Assembly (NCBI GenBank): GCA_050250255.1
Contig: JBFWOZ010000027.1
Coordinates: 1-39,634 of the forward strand
Reading direction: 5' to 3'
Length of the DNA stretch: 39,634 nt
Source: Bdellovibrionales bacterium
GTDB lineage: Bacteria > Bdellovibrionota > Bdellovibrionia > Bdellovibrionales > DASUEL01
The position numbers and the translations under genes were made by a program. Under the pieces are notes generated by a model, which saw nothing but the letters and a program-made list of their open reading frames with translations, ran no database searches and had not been told where the DNA came from. Below are positions 24,962 through 34,841 of the stretch, in pieces. The first letter of the stretch is position 1, and each line of letters opens with the position of its first letter.

Positions 24962-27289
24962 ATGCAAAATACTGCCAATATAAAAACAGAGGTCCAGCTC
25001 TGTAATCACTGTGGTCGCACCTTTAACACAGGGTTGCACCAATATGGTGTCTATTGTTGTGCCGGCTGTCGTGCGGTAGCTCATCTTCTAAATCAAAAAA
25101 AATTAGGCCACTTTTACGATCTAGAAAAATCCTCTTTGCTTGATATACCAAAAATTGAAACAGAATTTTTATATTTAGATGACACCAATATCTTGGAATC
25201 ACTTGGCACGAGCAAAAATCGCATGAAGTTTTTTGTTGCAGGATTAGATTGCACAGCATGTGTTTGGTTAATCGACCAAATTCCTCACTATGCTTCGTCC
25301 ATCGAGAAAACCTGGACCGACTTTGGCAGCTCTATTGTAGAAATTCAGTTGTCCGAAGGTGCAAAGTTTTCAGATGCAGCAAAAGCCCTTTCGTCTTTTG
25401 GTCTCAATCCAAAGCCAATTTTATTTGTGGGTGAGAGCGATAAGCTATTAGAAGACGAATCAAAAGTGAGTTTATCACGAATAGCAGTAGCCGCATTTTG
25501 TATGGGTAATATCATGTTATTTGCGATTTCAATATATGCGGGTGTGGATGGAGTGCTGAAGACCGTATTTCAGTGGTTGATGCTCGCCCTATTTTTACCA
25601 ACGGCCACTTACAGTGCATTTCCGATTTATCGCAACTGTATTACCGCATTAAAAATGGGACGGATACATATCGATCTCCCTATTGCTATAGCGATACTCG
25701 CAGGTTTTGTGATTAGTTTTTATGAGCTCTTAATGGGACGGTCGGAAATCTATTTTGTTTCTCTTGCCATGCTCATATTTCTTCTTTTGGGATCAAGATA
25801 TTTGTTAAAAACGCTTCAGCAGAAACAAAACTTTCGTTTTCCACTTTTGAATTTCATTTACTCTGTGCCTGCCAAGCTGACTGATGGCCGGGTTGTCAGT
25901 GCCTTGAGTTTACAATCGGGTGATCAAATAACCTTGAGTGCATCAGATGCGGTGCCGGCTGATTGTAAAGTTGAGGCCGGTGAAGGGTGGCTCCATACCG
26001 CATCCTTAACTGGAGAGTCTCATCCGCAAAAAGTGGGAGTTGGAGATGAGGTGTTTGCCGGAACTCATCTTGTTGCAGGAAATTTAACTGCTCGAGTAGG
26101 GAAAACGACAAAAGAATCTCGCGTCGCAAAGTTACTTGAAGCGATTGACAATCATACAATTTCAAAAAGTTCCATGAACTCAAATGTGGATCTGTGGGCT
26201 CAGCGCTTCTTGATTGGTGTTTTTTTATTGAGCCTTGTTACAGTCGTTGCATTTGCTCTGATGGGTAAATTCGAAGTCGGCCTCTATCGCGCGCTGACTT
26301 TAATGATCGTGACATGTCCATGCGTATTTGCAATGGCAATTCCCTGGACATTAAAACTTGCCATTCAAAACGCTGCCGACGAAGGTGTGTTCGTAAAAAA
26401 TCCAGAACTTTTCGAACGATTGGCGAACGCAAAAAAAATTATTTTTGATAAAACCGGCACACTCACTCAGGGTTTTTTGGAAGTAAAAGAATTTCAAGTT
26501 CTGATCGTGCATCCCCATTTACGCACTATTGCCTACGCATTGGAGCGGCACTCGGAGCACCCAGTGGCAAAATCCATTATCAGATTTTTAGATTCAGAAG
26601 TTGTTTCCGAAATTCCGCAAATTACCCATATCGGGACAATTGGGAGAGGCGGTGCTCAAGGAATTGTAGAAGGTCAACTTTGGACAATTCGGCCAATCCA
26701 GGAAGGCACTACGCCGGTTATTGGTTTGTTTCTCGATCAACAGTTAATGGCAAAGTTTTTATTGGAAGACAGACTTCGTACAGACACGAGCCAAGCCTTA
26801 GCCGATCTTCGTAATTTTGGAGCTCGTTTTAGTATTCTTTCTGGTGATCAAACAAGTGTAGCGGAAAATGTTGGGCATGAGTTAGGCATTGTGGAAATTC
26901 ACTCTACACAATCTCCTGAAGACAAACTCACTCATATAAAAGCAAATCCAGGGGCTGTGTTTGTTGGGGATGGTAACAATGATGCTCCTGCAATGGCGGC
27001 CGCCAACGTTTCCATCGCCGTGGCCGGTAGTCTTGAGGCGAGTCTCAAGGTTTCTGATGCATATTTCGCTCGGCCTGGGCTACAGCCCCTCGTGAAACTC
27101 TATCTGCTTTCTCAGCATGCTATGTCGGTCATTCATACAAATCTTGTGTTTACAGCTGTTTATAATTTTGTGGGTCTATCTTTAGCGCTCACCGGACAAA
27201 TTACAGCTTTATGGGCGGCGCTTCTTATGCCGGCAAGTTCGTTAACCGTCACTCTTCATTCTCTCTATCGGATGAGAAGGAGTCGTTAG
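24962..27289 (+). CDS. ccoI: cbb3 assembly heavy-metal (Cu) P1B-type ATPase CcoI/FixI
   Basis: CNHC..CCAGC N-domain, CTAC HMA motif, LTGES, CPC, DKTGT, SEHP and GDGNND; operon context. Confidence 0.9.
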   Translation: MQNTANIKTEVQLCNHCGRTFNTGLHQYGVYCCAGCRAVAHLLNQKKLGHFYDLEKSSLLDIPKIETEFLYLDDTNILESLGTSKNRMKFFVAGLDCTACVWLIDQIPHYASSIEKTWTDFGSSIVEIQLSEGAKFSDAAKALSSFGLNPKPILFVGESDKLLEDESKVSLSRIAVAAFCMGNIMLFAISIYAGVDGVLKTVFQWLMLALFLPTATYSAFPIYRNCITALKMGRIHIDLPIAIAILAGFVISFYELLMGRSEIYFVSLAMLIFLLLGSRYLLKTLQQKQNFRFPLLNFIYSVPAKLTDGRVVSALSLQSGDQITLSASDAVPADCKVEAGEGWLHTASLTGESHPQKVGVGDEVFAGTHLVAGNLTARVGKTTKESRVAKLLEAIDNHTISKSSMNSNVDLWAQRFLIGVFLLSLVTVVAFALMGKFEVGLYRALTLMIVTCPCVFAMAIPWTLKLAIQNAADEGVFVKNPELFERLANAKKIIFDKTGTLTQGFLEVKEFQVLIVHPHLRTIAYALERHSEHPVAKSIIRFLDSEVVSEIPQITHIGTIGRGGAQGIVEGQLWTIRPIQEGTTPVIGLFLDQQLMAKFLLEDRLRTDTSQALADLRNFGARFSILSGDQTSVAENVGHELGIVEIHSTQSPEDKLTHIKANPGAVFVGDGNNDAPAMAAANVSIAVAGSLEASLKVSDAYFARPGLQPLVKLYLLSQHAMSVIHTNLVFTAVYNFVGLSLALTGQITALWAALLMPASSLTVTLHSLYRMRRSR

Positions 27290-27465
27290 TGGAAATCATA
27301 TTTTTTATGATTCCTGTGTCACTATTTTTGGGGCTCGGTTTTTTGGCGGCATTTTTATGGGCGAATAAGACGGGACAATTCGATGATCTGTCAGGACCTT
27401 CACACCGAATTATTTTTGAAGATGAAATATTAAACAGCGGGAGCTCTGATGAAAAAACAAAATGA
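27289..27465 (+). CDS. ccoS: cbb3-type oxidase maturation protein CcoS/FixS
   Basis: GTG start overlapping the ccoI TAG, SD aaggag; IPVSL...FLWA...GQFDDL motif; 58 aa. Confidence 0.92.
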   Translation: MEIIFFMIPVSLFLGLGFLAAFLWANKTGQFDDLSGPSHRIIFEDEILNSGSSDEKTK

Positions 27466-29584
27466 ATTACAAAACTATTATGACGACGACATAGTTAAGA
27501 AATTCCTTATAGCTACGATGATATTTGGAGTGATTGCTTTTTTGGTGGGCCTAGTGGCTGCGCTACAGCTCGCGGATTGGCGTTTCAATTTCAGCCTTCC
27601 GTGGCTGACATTCGGTCGCATTCGTCCTCTCCATACAAATGCGGCGATTTTCGCGTTTGCAGGGAATGCCATTTTTGCGGGCATCTATTATTCCACCCAA
27701 CGTTTGTGTAAAACTCGTCTCTTCAGTGACTTACTTTCGCAACTCCACTTTTGGGGGTGGCAATTCATTATCGCGGCAGCGGCGATTACTCTCCCGTTAG
27801 GTATTACCCAGAGCAAAGAGTACGCGGAGCTTGAGTGGCCGATCGACATCGCTATCACAATTGTGTGGGTTATCTTCGCCGTAAATTTTTTCGGAACTTT
27901 ATGGAGACGCAAAGAAAAACACATGTACGTGGCCATCTGGTTTTACATTGCCACAATTGTAACTGTCGCGGTTCTTCACATTGTGAATTCCATTGAAATA
28001 CCGGTGAGTCTCACCCAGAGCTATCCTGTCTATGCGGGAGTTCAGGATGCGTTGGTGCAGTGGTGGTATGGACACAATGCGGTTGCGTTCTTTTTGACCA
28101 CGCCTTTTTTGGGATTAATGTATTATTTTATTCCAAAGGCGTCGGGACGTCCTGTCTATAGCTATAAGCTCTCGATTATTCACTTTTGGTCTTTGGTGTT
28201 TATTTATATCTGGGCCGGTCCTCATCACCTACTTTACACAGCTTTGCCGGACTGGGCGCAAACGTTAGGAATGACTTTTTCGTTAATGCTTTGGGCGCCG
28301 AGCTGGGGCGGCATGATCAACGGACTTTTGACCCTGAGAGGGGCTTGGCATCGACTAAAAACCGAACCAATTCTCAAATTCTTTGCGGCCGCTGTTGTAT
28401 TTTACGGAATGGCAACATTCGAAGGACCGCTCCTTTCTATCAAGAGCGTAAGTTCCCTTGCTCACTATACGGATTGGATCGTTGCCCATGTTCATGGAGG
28501 AGCCTTGGGATGGAATGGTTTTATGACCATCGGAATGATTTACTATCTTGTTCCAAAACTCTGGAGAACAAATCTCTATAGTCAGAAGTGGGCAGAATAT
28601 CATTTTTGGATCGGAAGTGTTGGTATTCTCCTCTACATTATTTCTATGTGGACGGCGGGTATTACCCAAGGGCTTATGCTCCGAGCCGTTGATGATTCGG
28701 GTCGACTTGTCTATCCAGAATTTGTGCAAACAGTGATGACAATCGTTCCGCTTTATTGGGTTCGTGCCTTAGGCGGAACGATGTTTTTAGCTGGTTTCAT
28801 AATTATGATTGCCAATGTGATCAAAACTGTTGCTCATGCGCCTGTTCATGAATCTGAAGTCATTGATGCTGCAAAAATTCATGCTTCTAAAGGTCCCGAA
28901 ACAACACATCGAAAATTGGAAGCTACGGCCTTAATATTTACGGTCCTCACGATTCTGGCAATTCTGGTCGGATCAATTTTGGAAATTGTTCCGACCTTAC
29001 TCGTTCATACTTACGTCGCAACTAATAGTAAGGCTGTCCCATATACCGCTCTTGAACTCGCGGGTCGGGATCTTTATGTTCGAGAAGGTTGTTACGTTTG
29101 TCACTCGCAGATGATTCGACCAATGATTTCAGAAAAAATTCGTTACGGTGATCCATCGACTCTCGAAGATTCGCTTTATGATCGTCCGTTTCAATGGGGT
29201 TCTAAACGTACAGGCCCCGACCTTGCTCGTGTTGGAGGCAAATATCCAGATCTCTGGCATTTACGCCATATGAACAACCCTCGAGATGTGGTGTCTCAAT
29301 CGATCATGCCATCCTACTCTTGGTTACTTCGAGACAAAGTTAATTTCTCAATTCTGACAAAAAAACTTTCTGTCATGAAGTCACTTGGTGTTCCATATAC
29401 AGAATTAGAAGTGCAAGACGCAGCAGAAAGTGCACGTGCAGATGCACAAAAAATTGCAGCAGATTTGGAGTCACAAGGTGCGCCCAAAAGATTAGAGGAT
29501 AAAGAGATTGTCGCATTGATTGCGTATCTTCAACGGCTGGGGCGATCCGCAAAAACTTCAACCGCGAAGGATGGTGTGCAATGA
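27449..29584 (+). CDS. ccoN: cbb3-type cytochrome c oxidase subunits I+II fusion (CcoNO)
   Basis: RPLHTNA, WWYGHN, GPHH and HVH in CcoN; GRDLYVREGCYVCHSQMIRP and WGSKRTGPDL in CcoO; one 711-aa frame. Confidence 0.96.
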   Translation: MKKQNELQNYYDDDIVKKFLIATMIFGVIAFLVGLVAALQLADWRFNFSLPWLTFGRIRPLHTNAAIFAFAGNAIFAGIYYSTQRLCKTRLFSDLLSQLHFWGWQFIIAAAAITLPLGITQSKEYAELEWPIDIAITIVWVIFAVNFFGTLWRRKEKHMYVAIWFYIATIVTVAVLHIVNSIEIPVSLTQSYPVYAGVQDALVQWWYGHNAVAFFLTTPFLGLMYYFIPKASGRPVYSYKLSIIHFWSLVFIYIWAGPHHLLYTALPDWAQTLGMTFSLMLWAPSWGGMINGLLTLRGAWHRLKTEPILKFFAAAVVFYGMATFEGPLLSIKSVSSLAHYTDWIVAHVHGGALGWNGFMTIGMIYYLVPKLWRTNLYSQKWAEYHFWIGSVGILLYIISMWTAGITQGLMLRAVDDSGRLVYPEFVQTVMTIVPLYWVRALGGTMFLAGFIIMIANVIKTVAHAPVHESEVIDAAKIHASKGPETTHRKLEATALIFTVLTILAILVGSILEIVPTLLVHTYVATNSKAVPYTALELAGRDLYVREGCYVCHSQMIRPMISEKIRYGDPSTLEDSLYDRPFQWGSKRTGPDLARVGGKYPDLWHLRHMNNPRDVVSQSIMPSYSWLLRDKVNFSILTKKLSVMKSLGVPYTELEVQDAAESARADAQKIAADLESQGAPKRLEDKEIVALIAYLQRLGRSAKTSTAKDGVQ

Positions 29585-29754
29585 AACAGGTAGCGCTTAC
29601 CCAATTTCCTTGGCCTGAATTATCGATTGTTCCATTGATGATATTTTTTATTTTTTTCGTCGGAGTCATTGTCTGGGTCAGTTTGGATAAAAATAAGAGA
29701 AAATTTGAACAGGTGAGTTTGCTTCCATTGGAAGGAGAACAACATGAGCGATAA
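29581..29754 (+). CDS. ccoQ: cbb3-type oxidase small subunit CcoQ
   Basis: Translated by hand: MKQVALTQFPWPELSIVPLMIFFIFFVGVIVWVSLDKNKRKFEQVSLLPLEGEQHER*, single TM plus LPL. ATGA overlap with ccoNO. Absent from the ORF track. Confidence 0.85.
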   Translation: MKQVALTQFPWPELSIVPLMIFFIFFVGVIVWVSLDKNKRKFEQVSLLPLEGEQHER

Positions 29755-30301
29755 TGACAAAAATTTTGCAGATGACCACAGCTACGATGGAATTCAAGAA
29801 TTAGATAATCCACTTCCTCGTTGGTGGCTCTGGACTTTTTATATAACTGTTGTTTTTTCGGCCTTTTATATTCCTTATTATCATTTTTTGGGTGGGCAAA
29901 ATCCCATAGATGAATACCAATCCGATATAGCTAAGCTGGAAGCTGAAAAAAAGTCTGCTCCCTCTGAAGAAAATGGCGATCAAAAAATAATTGCTGCTCT
30001 AGGCGATGCGCAGGTGAAGGCGAAAGGTGCTTTCGTTTTTGATAGCAAGTGCGCTGTTTGTCACGGTAAAGAAGGGCAGGGAATTATTGGCCCGAACCTA
30101 ACAGATAATTATTGGATTAACGGTGACGGATCGCCCACAACAGTTGCGAAAGTTATTAATGAAGGAGTGCCGGCAAAAGGAATGCCTCCTTGGGCTTCGG
30201 TGCTACAGCCCGAAGAGTTAGTCCAGGTTGCGGTTTTTGTGGTTTCGCTCAAAGGATCCACACCGGCTAACCCTAAAGCACCTCAGGGCGAACTGAAATG
30301 A
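29744..30301 (+). CDS. ccoP: cbb3-type oxidase subunit III CcoP (single heme)
   Basis: HSYDGIQELDNPLPRWW N-terminus; one CAVCH; GPNLTD..W; GMPPW. Confidence 0.92.
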   Translation: MSDNDKNFADDHSYDGIQELDNPLPRWWLWTFYITVVFSAFYIPYYHFLGGQNPIDEYQSDIAKLEAEKKSAPSEENGDQKIIAALGDAQVKAKGAFVFDSKCAVCHGKEGQGIIGPNLTDNYWINGDGSPTTVAKVINEGVPAKGMPPWASVLQPEELVQVAVFVVSLKGSTPANPKAPQGELK

Positions 30302-31692
30302 CTGAGTTACCGGCGGAGCGACCTGCAAGTTTAGATCCAGAAGGACATCGGATTTCGCTTCATCCTGCCAGAGTAAAAGGAGAGTGGAATACGAGAAGAG
30401 TTTATTTTCAAACTTTTCTCGTATTAACCCTGCTTATTCTTCCTTGGATAAAAATTAACGGCTATCCAGCGGTACTTATCGATTTACCCCACCGTCGTTT
30501 TGCTCTTTTTGGCCTCACCTTTTGGGCTCATGACACTCCATTATTATTTTTAGTCATGGGAACCTTCGCGTTCTCCGCTGCATTACTTACCGCACTCTTT
30601 GGTCGCGTCTGGTGCGGATGGGCATGTCCACAAACTGTATTTATTGAGCGTGTCTTTCGACAGGTCGAATTTCTTATAGAAGGTCACCATCTTGAACAAA
30701 AAGCACTTGATGCATCAGCGTGGGGACTCAGGAAAATAAAGTTGAAGACATTAAAATGGTCTTTATTTACAGCCATATCTCTCATTATTACGCACAGTTT
30801 ATTGGCTTATTTTGTTGGCGTAGATCAACTCTACGAAATGATGCAAGCGAGTCCTCAGCAAGCCTGGCCTGTGTTTCTCATAATGGCATTTACAACCAGC
30901 ATATTACTTTTCAATTTTGGTTGGTTTCGTGAGCAATTTTGTATCATTATGTGTCCCTACGGAAAAATACAGTCCTTGTTAACGGATGAAGACACCTTAA
31001 GTGTTGCTTACGATAATATTCGTGGCGAACCGCGTGGCGAGGGTGGTGATTGTGTTGCATGCTTTAAATGTGTTTCTGTGTGTCCAACGGGGATCGATAT
31101 TCGTCGAGGCAGTCAGCAGTTGGAATGTATTAACTGTACCGCATGCATAGATGTTTGTAATGAGGTGATGAAGAAAGTTAAAAAACCACAGGGCCTGATC
31201 CGATACGCATCCGAAGTTGAGATTTTAAAAGGAGTCAGAAAGAGCATACCCTCAAATTTCAAAAAGATGCGGATTTTTCTATACACGTGTCTTCTTCTTT
31301 TCTGTGTCTCGGGTTTGGTCTGGACGATTTCGAACCGTCGGGATTTAAGAATAGTTGCATTACGAGCAAGTGAAAGTCCTTACCAACTTGTGCATGACGA
31401 TCATGGAAATGAAAAGATAATAAATCATTTTAAAATCGATCTTCAAAATCAGAATTTTGAAACATTTGAAATGAAGCTGTTGAAATCAGACAATGAAGAA
31501 TTTGAATTCGTAACGCCGCAATCGACTTTTGACTTGCGAGGCGGGCAACGCCATGTTCTCGATGTTTTCGTAAAGTTCGATCCCAAGGTAAATCGTCATA
31601 ATGTTCAGATTGCATTTGTTGGCACTTCTGACAACGGAACAATCAAAGAAAGTGTGGAGTTAGGTCTTATTTCTCCGCAAGGAGCTGAGTAA
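30298..31692 (+). CDS. ccoG: cbb3 accessory protein CcoG/FixG (4Fe-4S membrane protein)
   Basis: GRVWCGWACPQT, REQFCIIMCPYG and two CxxCxxCxxxC ferredoxin motifs. Confidence 0.95.
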   Translation: MTELPAERPASLDPEGHRISLHPARVKGEWNTRRVYFQTFLVLTLLILPWIKINGYPAVLIDLPHRRFALFGLTFWAHDTPLLFLVMGTFAFSAALLTALFGRVWCGWACPQTVFIERVFRQVEFLIEGHHLEQKALDASAWGLRKIKLKTLKWSLFTAISLIITHSLLAYFVGVDQLYEMMQASPQQAWPVFLIMAFTTSILLFNFGWFREQFCIIMCPYGKIQSLLTDEDTLSVAYDNIRGEPRGEGGDCVACFKCVSVCPTGIDIRRGSQQLECINCTACIDVCNEVMKKVKKPQGLIRYASEVEILKGVRKSIPSNFKKMRIFLYTCLLLFCVSGLVWTISNRRDLRIVALRASESPYQLVHDDHGNEKIINHFKIDLQNQNFETFEMKLLKSDNEEFEFVTPQSTFDLRGGQRHVLDVFVKFDPKVNRHNVQIAFVGTSDNGTIKESVELGLISPQGAE

Positions 31693-32384
31693 TGATCGAG
31701 GAGTGGATGGAGGTCATTATAAAGTTATCACCTCTTGCAATGTCGATGGCAGTATTTACAGCGAGTCTTGTGGGAAGCTTACATTGTCTTGGAATGTGTG
31801 GACCACTACAGGTCGTTGTTGCTCCAACTCCAACAGAGTCTTTTGTTTATCATTCGGGGAGGTTCTTCAGTTATACGTTATTAGGCTTTTTCGCTGGCTA
31901 TTTTGGAGAAGTACTTTTTTCTGTAACGAGTTCAACATCTTTGGCTTGGCTGTCTGCCATTTCTTTCTCTGTGATGCTTTTCGTGATTGCGGTAAAGACT
32001 TTTGCAAGTAAATCAAAATTTCATTTTACATTTCAAACAAAGTTGTCGAATTGGATTTTTGTGCATGTGCTGTCGTTGGTTCAGCGTCCCGTACGCAGCT
32101 TGATTCTCGGTGTACTAACGCCGCTGCTACCCTGCGGCTGGTTACTTTCTTTTCTGCTAGGAGCAGCTCTGACACAAAAAGCAATTCATGGCGGATTGTT
32201 TATGGCAAGTTTTTGGTTGGGTACGCTGCCGGTCCTTGGCCTTCTGCCGATGATTCGAAAACATCTATTTAAGTTATTTGGTATGAAGACTCATCAGTTT
32301 GCGAGTGTACTTCTTTTGCTTACGGCACTGAGCCTGATCTGCGTGCGCATGCTCGTAAGTTATCAACATACGAGCTGTCACTAA
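31692..32384 (+). CDS. DsbD_2 / TauE-like membrane protein of cbb3 operons
   Basis: GSLHCLGMCGP, YHSGRFFSY, LLPCG and FWLGTLP; multiple TM helices. Confidence 0.85.
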   Translation: MIEEWMEVIIKLSPLAMSMAVFTASLVGSLHCLGMCGPLQVVVAPTPTESFVYHSGRFFSYTLLGFFAGYFGEVLFSVTSSTSLAWLSAISFSVMLFVIAVKTFASKSKFHFTFQTKLSNWIFVHVLSLVQRPVRSLILGVLTPLLPCGWLLSFLLGAALTQKAIHGGLFMASFWLGTLPVLGLLPMIRKHLFKLFGMKTHQFASVLLLLTALSLICVRMLVSYQHTSCH

Positions 32385-32403
32385 TTGATATGCTTTTGAA
32401 TTA

Positions 32404-32937
32404 CTATCCTGCGGTTTCTACCATGGTTTTTAATTCACCGAGACCTTCTTCAAAAACGCCGCCTACCATTTTATCCATATTCATGAAGATGCACATCACT
32501 CGACCCATAAACGTGTTTTCTCCCTCCACTTTCCAAATGACTTTTGTCTGAGTACCTTCAGGGGCGAGAAGAACGGTGGCCTCCTGGGTCATAACAAATG
32601 GTTTTTCGTAATCGATTTTTACTACCACGCGCTCATTGGGTACAGCACCGATGACAGTCGCTTTTCCGGTACCAAGTTCTTTGCCATCCGTCCAAAGCGT
32701 GGCAGAGCCTATGCCTGACTCTGGGCCTTCGGTTGTGATTTTAGCTTGCGTGTCTTTTTTTAGCCAAGGATTCCAACTATTAGAGAGAGTGCGTTTACTC
32801 ACAAATGGAAAAACTTTGTCTATCGGGGCACTGATCAAAACTTCTCGTGAAACCACATATTGAGCAGGCTGAATAGCTGCATATACTAAAACCAATCCTA
32901 CGATGACAACGAGTCCAATGAATATTTTCTTAAACAT
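32404..32937 (-). CDS. SRPBCC (START-like) family protein
   Basis: N-terminal TM; VSREVLISAP..KVF, WNPW..D and MDKMVG..FE.GL..LK motifs. Confidence 0.88.
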   Translation of the reverse strand: MFKKIFIGLVVIVGLVLVYAAIQPAQYVVSREVLISAPIDKVFPFVSKRTLSNSWNPWLKKDTQAKITTEGPESGIGSATLWTDGKELGTGKATVIGAVPNERVVVKIDYEKPFVMTQEATVLLAPEGTQTKVIWKVEGENTFMGRVMCIFMNMDKMVGGVFEEGLGELKTMVETAG

Positions 32938-33013
32938 TATCCGCTCCTTTTATAAATTAATAAAATTCTACGTAATAATGATTAAGAATCAATCGTTCAT
33001 TCTGATAACTTCT

Positions 33014-33030
33014 TGGTTTGTTTGTTGCAA
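33014..33030 (+). promoter_or_regulatory. sigma54-type promoter candidate
   Basis: tGGtttgtttgttGCaa, GG-N10-GC; supports ATG 33045 as the start. Confidence 0.5.
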
Positions 33031-33044
33031 ACCTAGAAGTTCAG

Positions 33045-34178
33045 ATGCTTTTACGTATTTTACTCTTCATTTCAGTGACTTATGGCTCTCTTGGTGCCGC
33101 ATTTGGGGCACCACACTGTTCAAAGGTTTTACAGGGAGTGGACCTTGTAACGACAGGGCCTCTGCGTCCTTTTTCTATGAGGCGTGAAGAGAATAAGATT
33201 ATTTTTAGAAGGAGCGATGTCACTCCTCCAAAGACAATGGTTTATAGCGTCTCTCAAACGAAGAATCCTTATAAAAATTGGCAGGTTCTTGAAACCCAAT
33301 TTGAAGGGAAAACGTATCAATTGCTGCCGCTCTCAATCTCCCAGCTGCACGATATTCATGATCAGTTTACAGCTCATATTCGCCGGCATATTCGCACCAA
33401 CGATGATTATGATGTGATTGTAGGCGTGAATGGTGAAGCGTTAAAAACAGAAGTGCTGTGGATGCGTTATCGATGGGCCTTTCACGCAAAAGTGATTGAT
33501 TCCTACTCTGATAAAAAAGGTTATTTGAGAGCTACAGATCTTGCATTGTTAGATATGATCAATCGAATGGAAAATAATTATGATGTCTATGGCGTGTTTT
33601 TAAAGCCATCCGGCACAGATTTCTCCAAGTTGACTCAAGAGGAAATAAAAACCGATTTATTTGCGACTATTCAAGTTACTTATCGTGAAAGCTATCAATA
33701 TGATTTCCCTAATGCCCACGAAATGTTTCCCGAAAGACTTGGGTCTAAAGAAACAAGAATGGAGCTTTTGCCTTTTCAATGGAGATTAGATGAGATGCGT
33801 GTCTCAGCGAGACCCTTTACTGAAGTGTTTAATGTGGATTTTAAAAATCGTCGACTCGCCGAGATTACGCGTTACGCAAAGTTTGAACAGCTGCCAGCGG
33901 CAATTCAAGCGAAAATGATTATGCAAGCCTTAGTGACGGGTGCTCAAAAAGGAGTGCAAACTTTTATCATTAGCGTGGATCCCGCTACGCAAATTTTATT
34001 TGGACGTTTAGGTTTTCAAGATTACAAAACATTACCAATCGGACAGTCGGAGACGCCCGAGGCGCTTATGTACATGCATACAGGAAGTGAAAAGTACAAA
34101 AAATTAATTCAGAATTATAAACGCCAATCTGATGGCCTTACTTTTGACAGTGTACCGTTTATAGGGCTTTCGAAATAA
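33045..34178 (+). CDS. Signal-peptide protein with C-terminal GNAT-fold (FeeM/LuxI-like) features
   Basis: Leader MLLRILLFISVTYGSLGAAFGA; Y....GY, ATIQV, LP, AEITRY and VDP....LF.RLGF in the order seen in N-acyl synthase GNATs. Confidence 0.55.
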   Translation: MLLRILLFISVTYGSLGAAFGAPHCSKVLQGVDLVTTGPLRPFSMRREENKIIFRRSDVTPPKTMVYSVSQTKNPYKNWQVLETQFEGKTYQLLPLSISQLHDIHDQFTAHIRRHIRTNDDYDVIVGVNGEALKTEVLWMRYRWAFHAKVIDSYSDKKGYLRATDLALLDMINRMENNYDVYGVFLKPSGTDFSKLTQEEIKTDLFATIQVTYRESYQYDFPNAHEMFPERLGSKETRMELLPFQWRLDEMRVSARPFTEVFNVDFKNRRLAEITRYAKFEQLPAAIQAKMIMQALVTGAQKGVQTFIISVDPATQILFGRLGFQDYKTLPIGQSETPEALMYMHTGSEKYKKLIQNYKRQSDGLTFDSVPFIGLSK

Positions 34179-34740
34179 AATTCCAGATTTTTGTTTCGTG
34201 GGTAGCGACGCTTACGCTCTTCTTTTCATACATAGATTTTATCAATTCACCTACGACAACGCTATGGATACGTTTTGCAAACTCGTGAGCGTTTTTGTCG
34301 GACCATTTATTTTCGTGTGAACCGTGGGAGATATAGGTTTCAATACGCGCCACGGCGGCATTTTGAATATCAAAAAAAAGTTGGTTGAGATCGGAGTTAT
34401 AATGTCCGTAATAGTAAAGAGCGAGCAGACATCGTCCTTCATTTGGCTGGTCATGAAACCACTGTAAGTTGGCGCGTATGTAGTCACGTAGCCTCGCTTC
34501 TGCATTTCCTTTAGGATTTACATAGCTCTCGATAAACAGTTGCCCCTTTTGAGCGGCATAGCGGCAGCATTTATCAAGTAAATCAACTTTGTCTTTAAAG
34601 TGGGAGTAGAGAGCGGGCTGGGTGATTTTTGCAAGATCTGCGATCTGCTTAAAGGTGGTGCTTTCGAAGCCATAGCGAGCAAAACATTGTATGGAAGCTA
34701 TTATTATTTTTTCTTTTGAAGATAAGGGATTCTTGCTCAT
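34159..34740 (-). CDS. TetR/AcrR family transcriptional regulator
   Basis: FARYGFESTTFKQIADLAKITQPALYSHFKDK HTH. Confidence 0.93.
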   Translation of the reverse strand: MSKNPLSSKEKIIIASIQCFARYGFESTTFKQIADLAKITQPALYSHFKDKVDLLDKCCRYAAQKGQLFIESYVNPKGNAEARLRDYIRANLQWFHDQPNEGRCLLALYYYGHYNSDLNQLFFDIQNAAVARIETYISHGSHENKWSDKNAHEFAKRIHSVVVGELIKSMYEKKSVSVATHETKIWNFISKAL

Positions 34741-34741
34741 A

Positions 34742-34778
34742 ACTTATATTTATTACATTAAACTTATAAAATATAAGT
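34742..34778. promoter_or_regulatory. Candidate TetR operator
   Basis: ACTTATA-aaa-TATAAGT palindrome (34762..34778) plus an extra ACTTATA half-site at 34742, between tetR and the divergent gene. Confidence 0.55.
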
Positions 34779-34841
34779 AGTAATAGATATTTTATTAATC
34801 CTCCACTATGGTCGAGACCAATTTATTAACGGAGGTTTAAA

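Noticed and set aside
27211..27288. 26-aa N-terminal extension of CcoS given in the ORF track
   Set aside because: It overlaps ccoI; GTG 27289 with an SD gives a normal-length CcoS.
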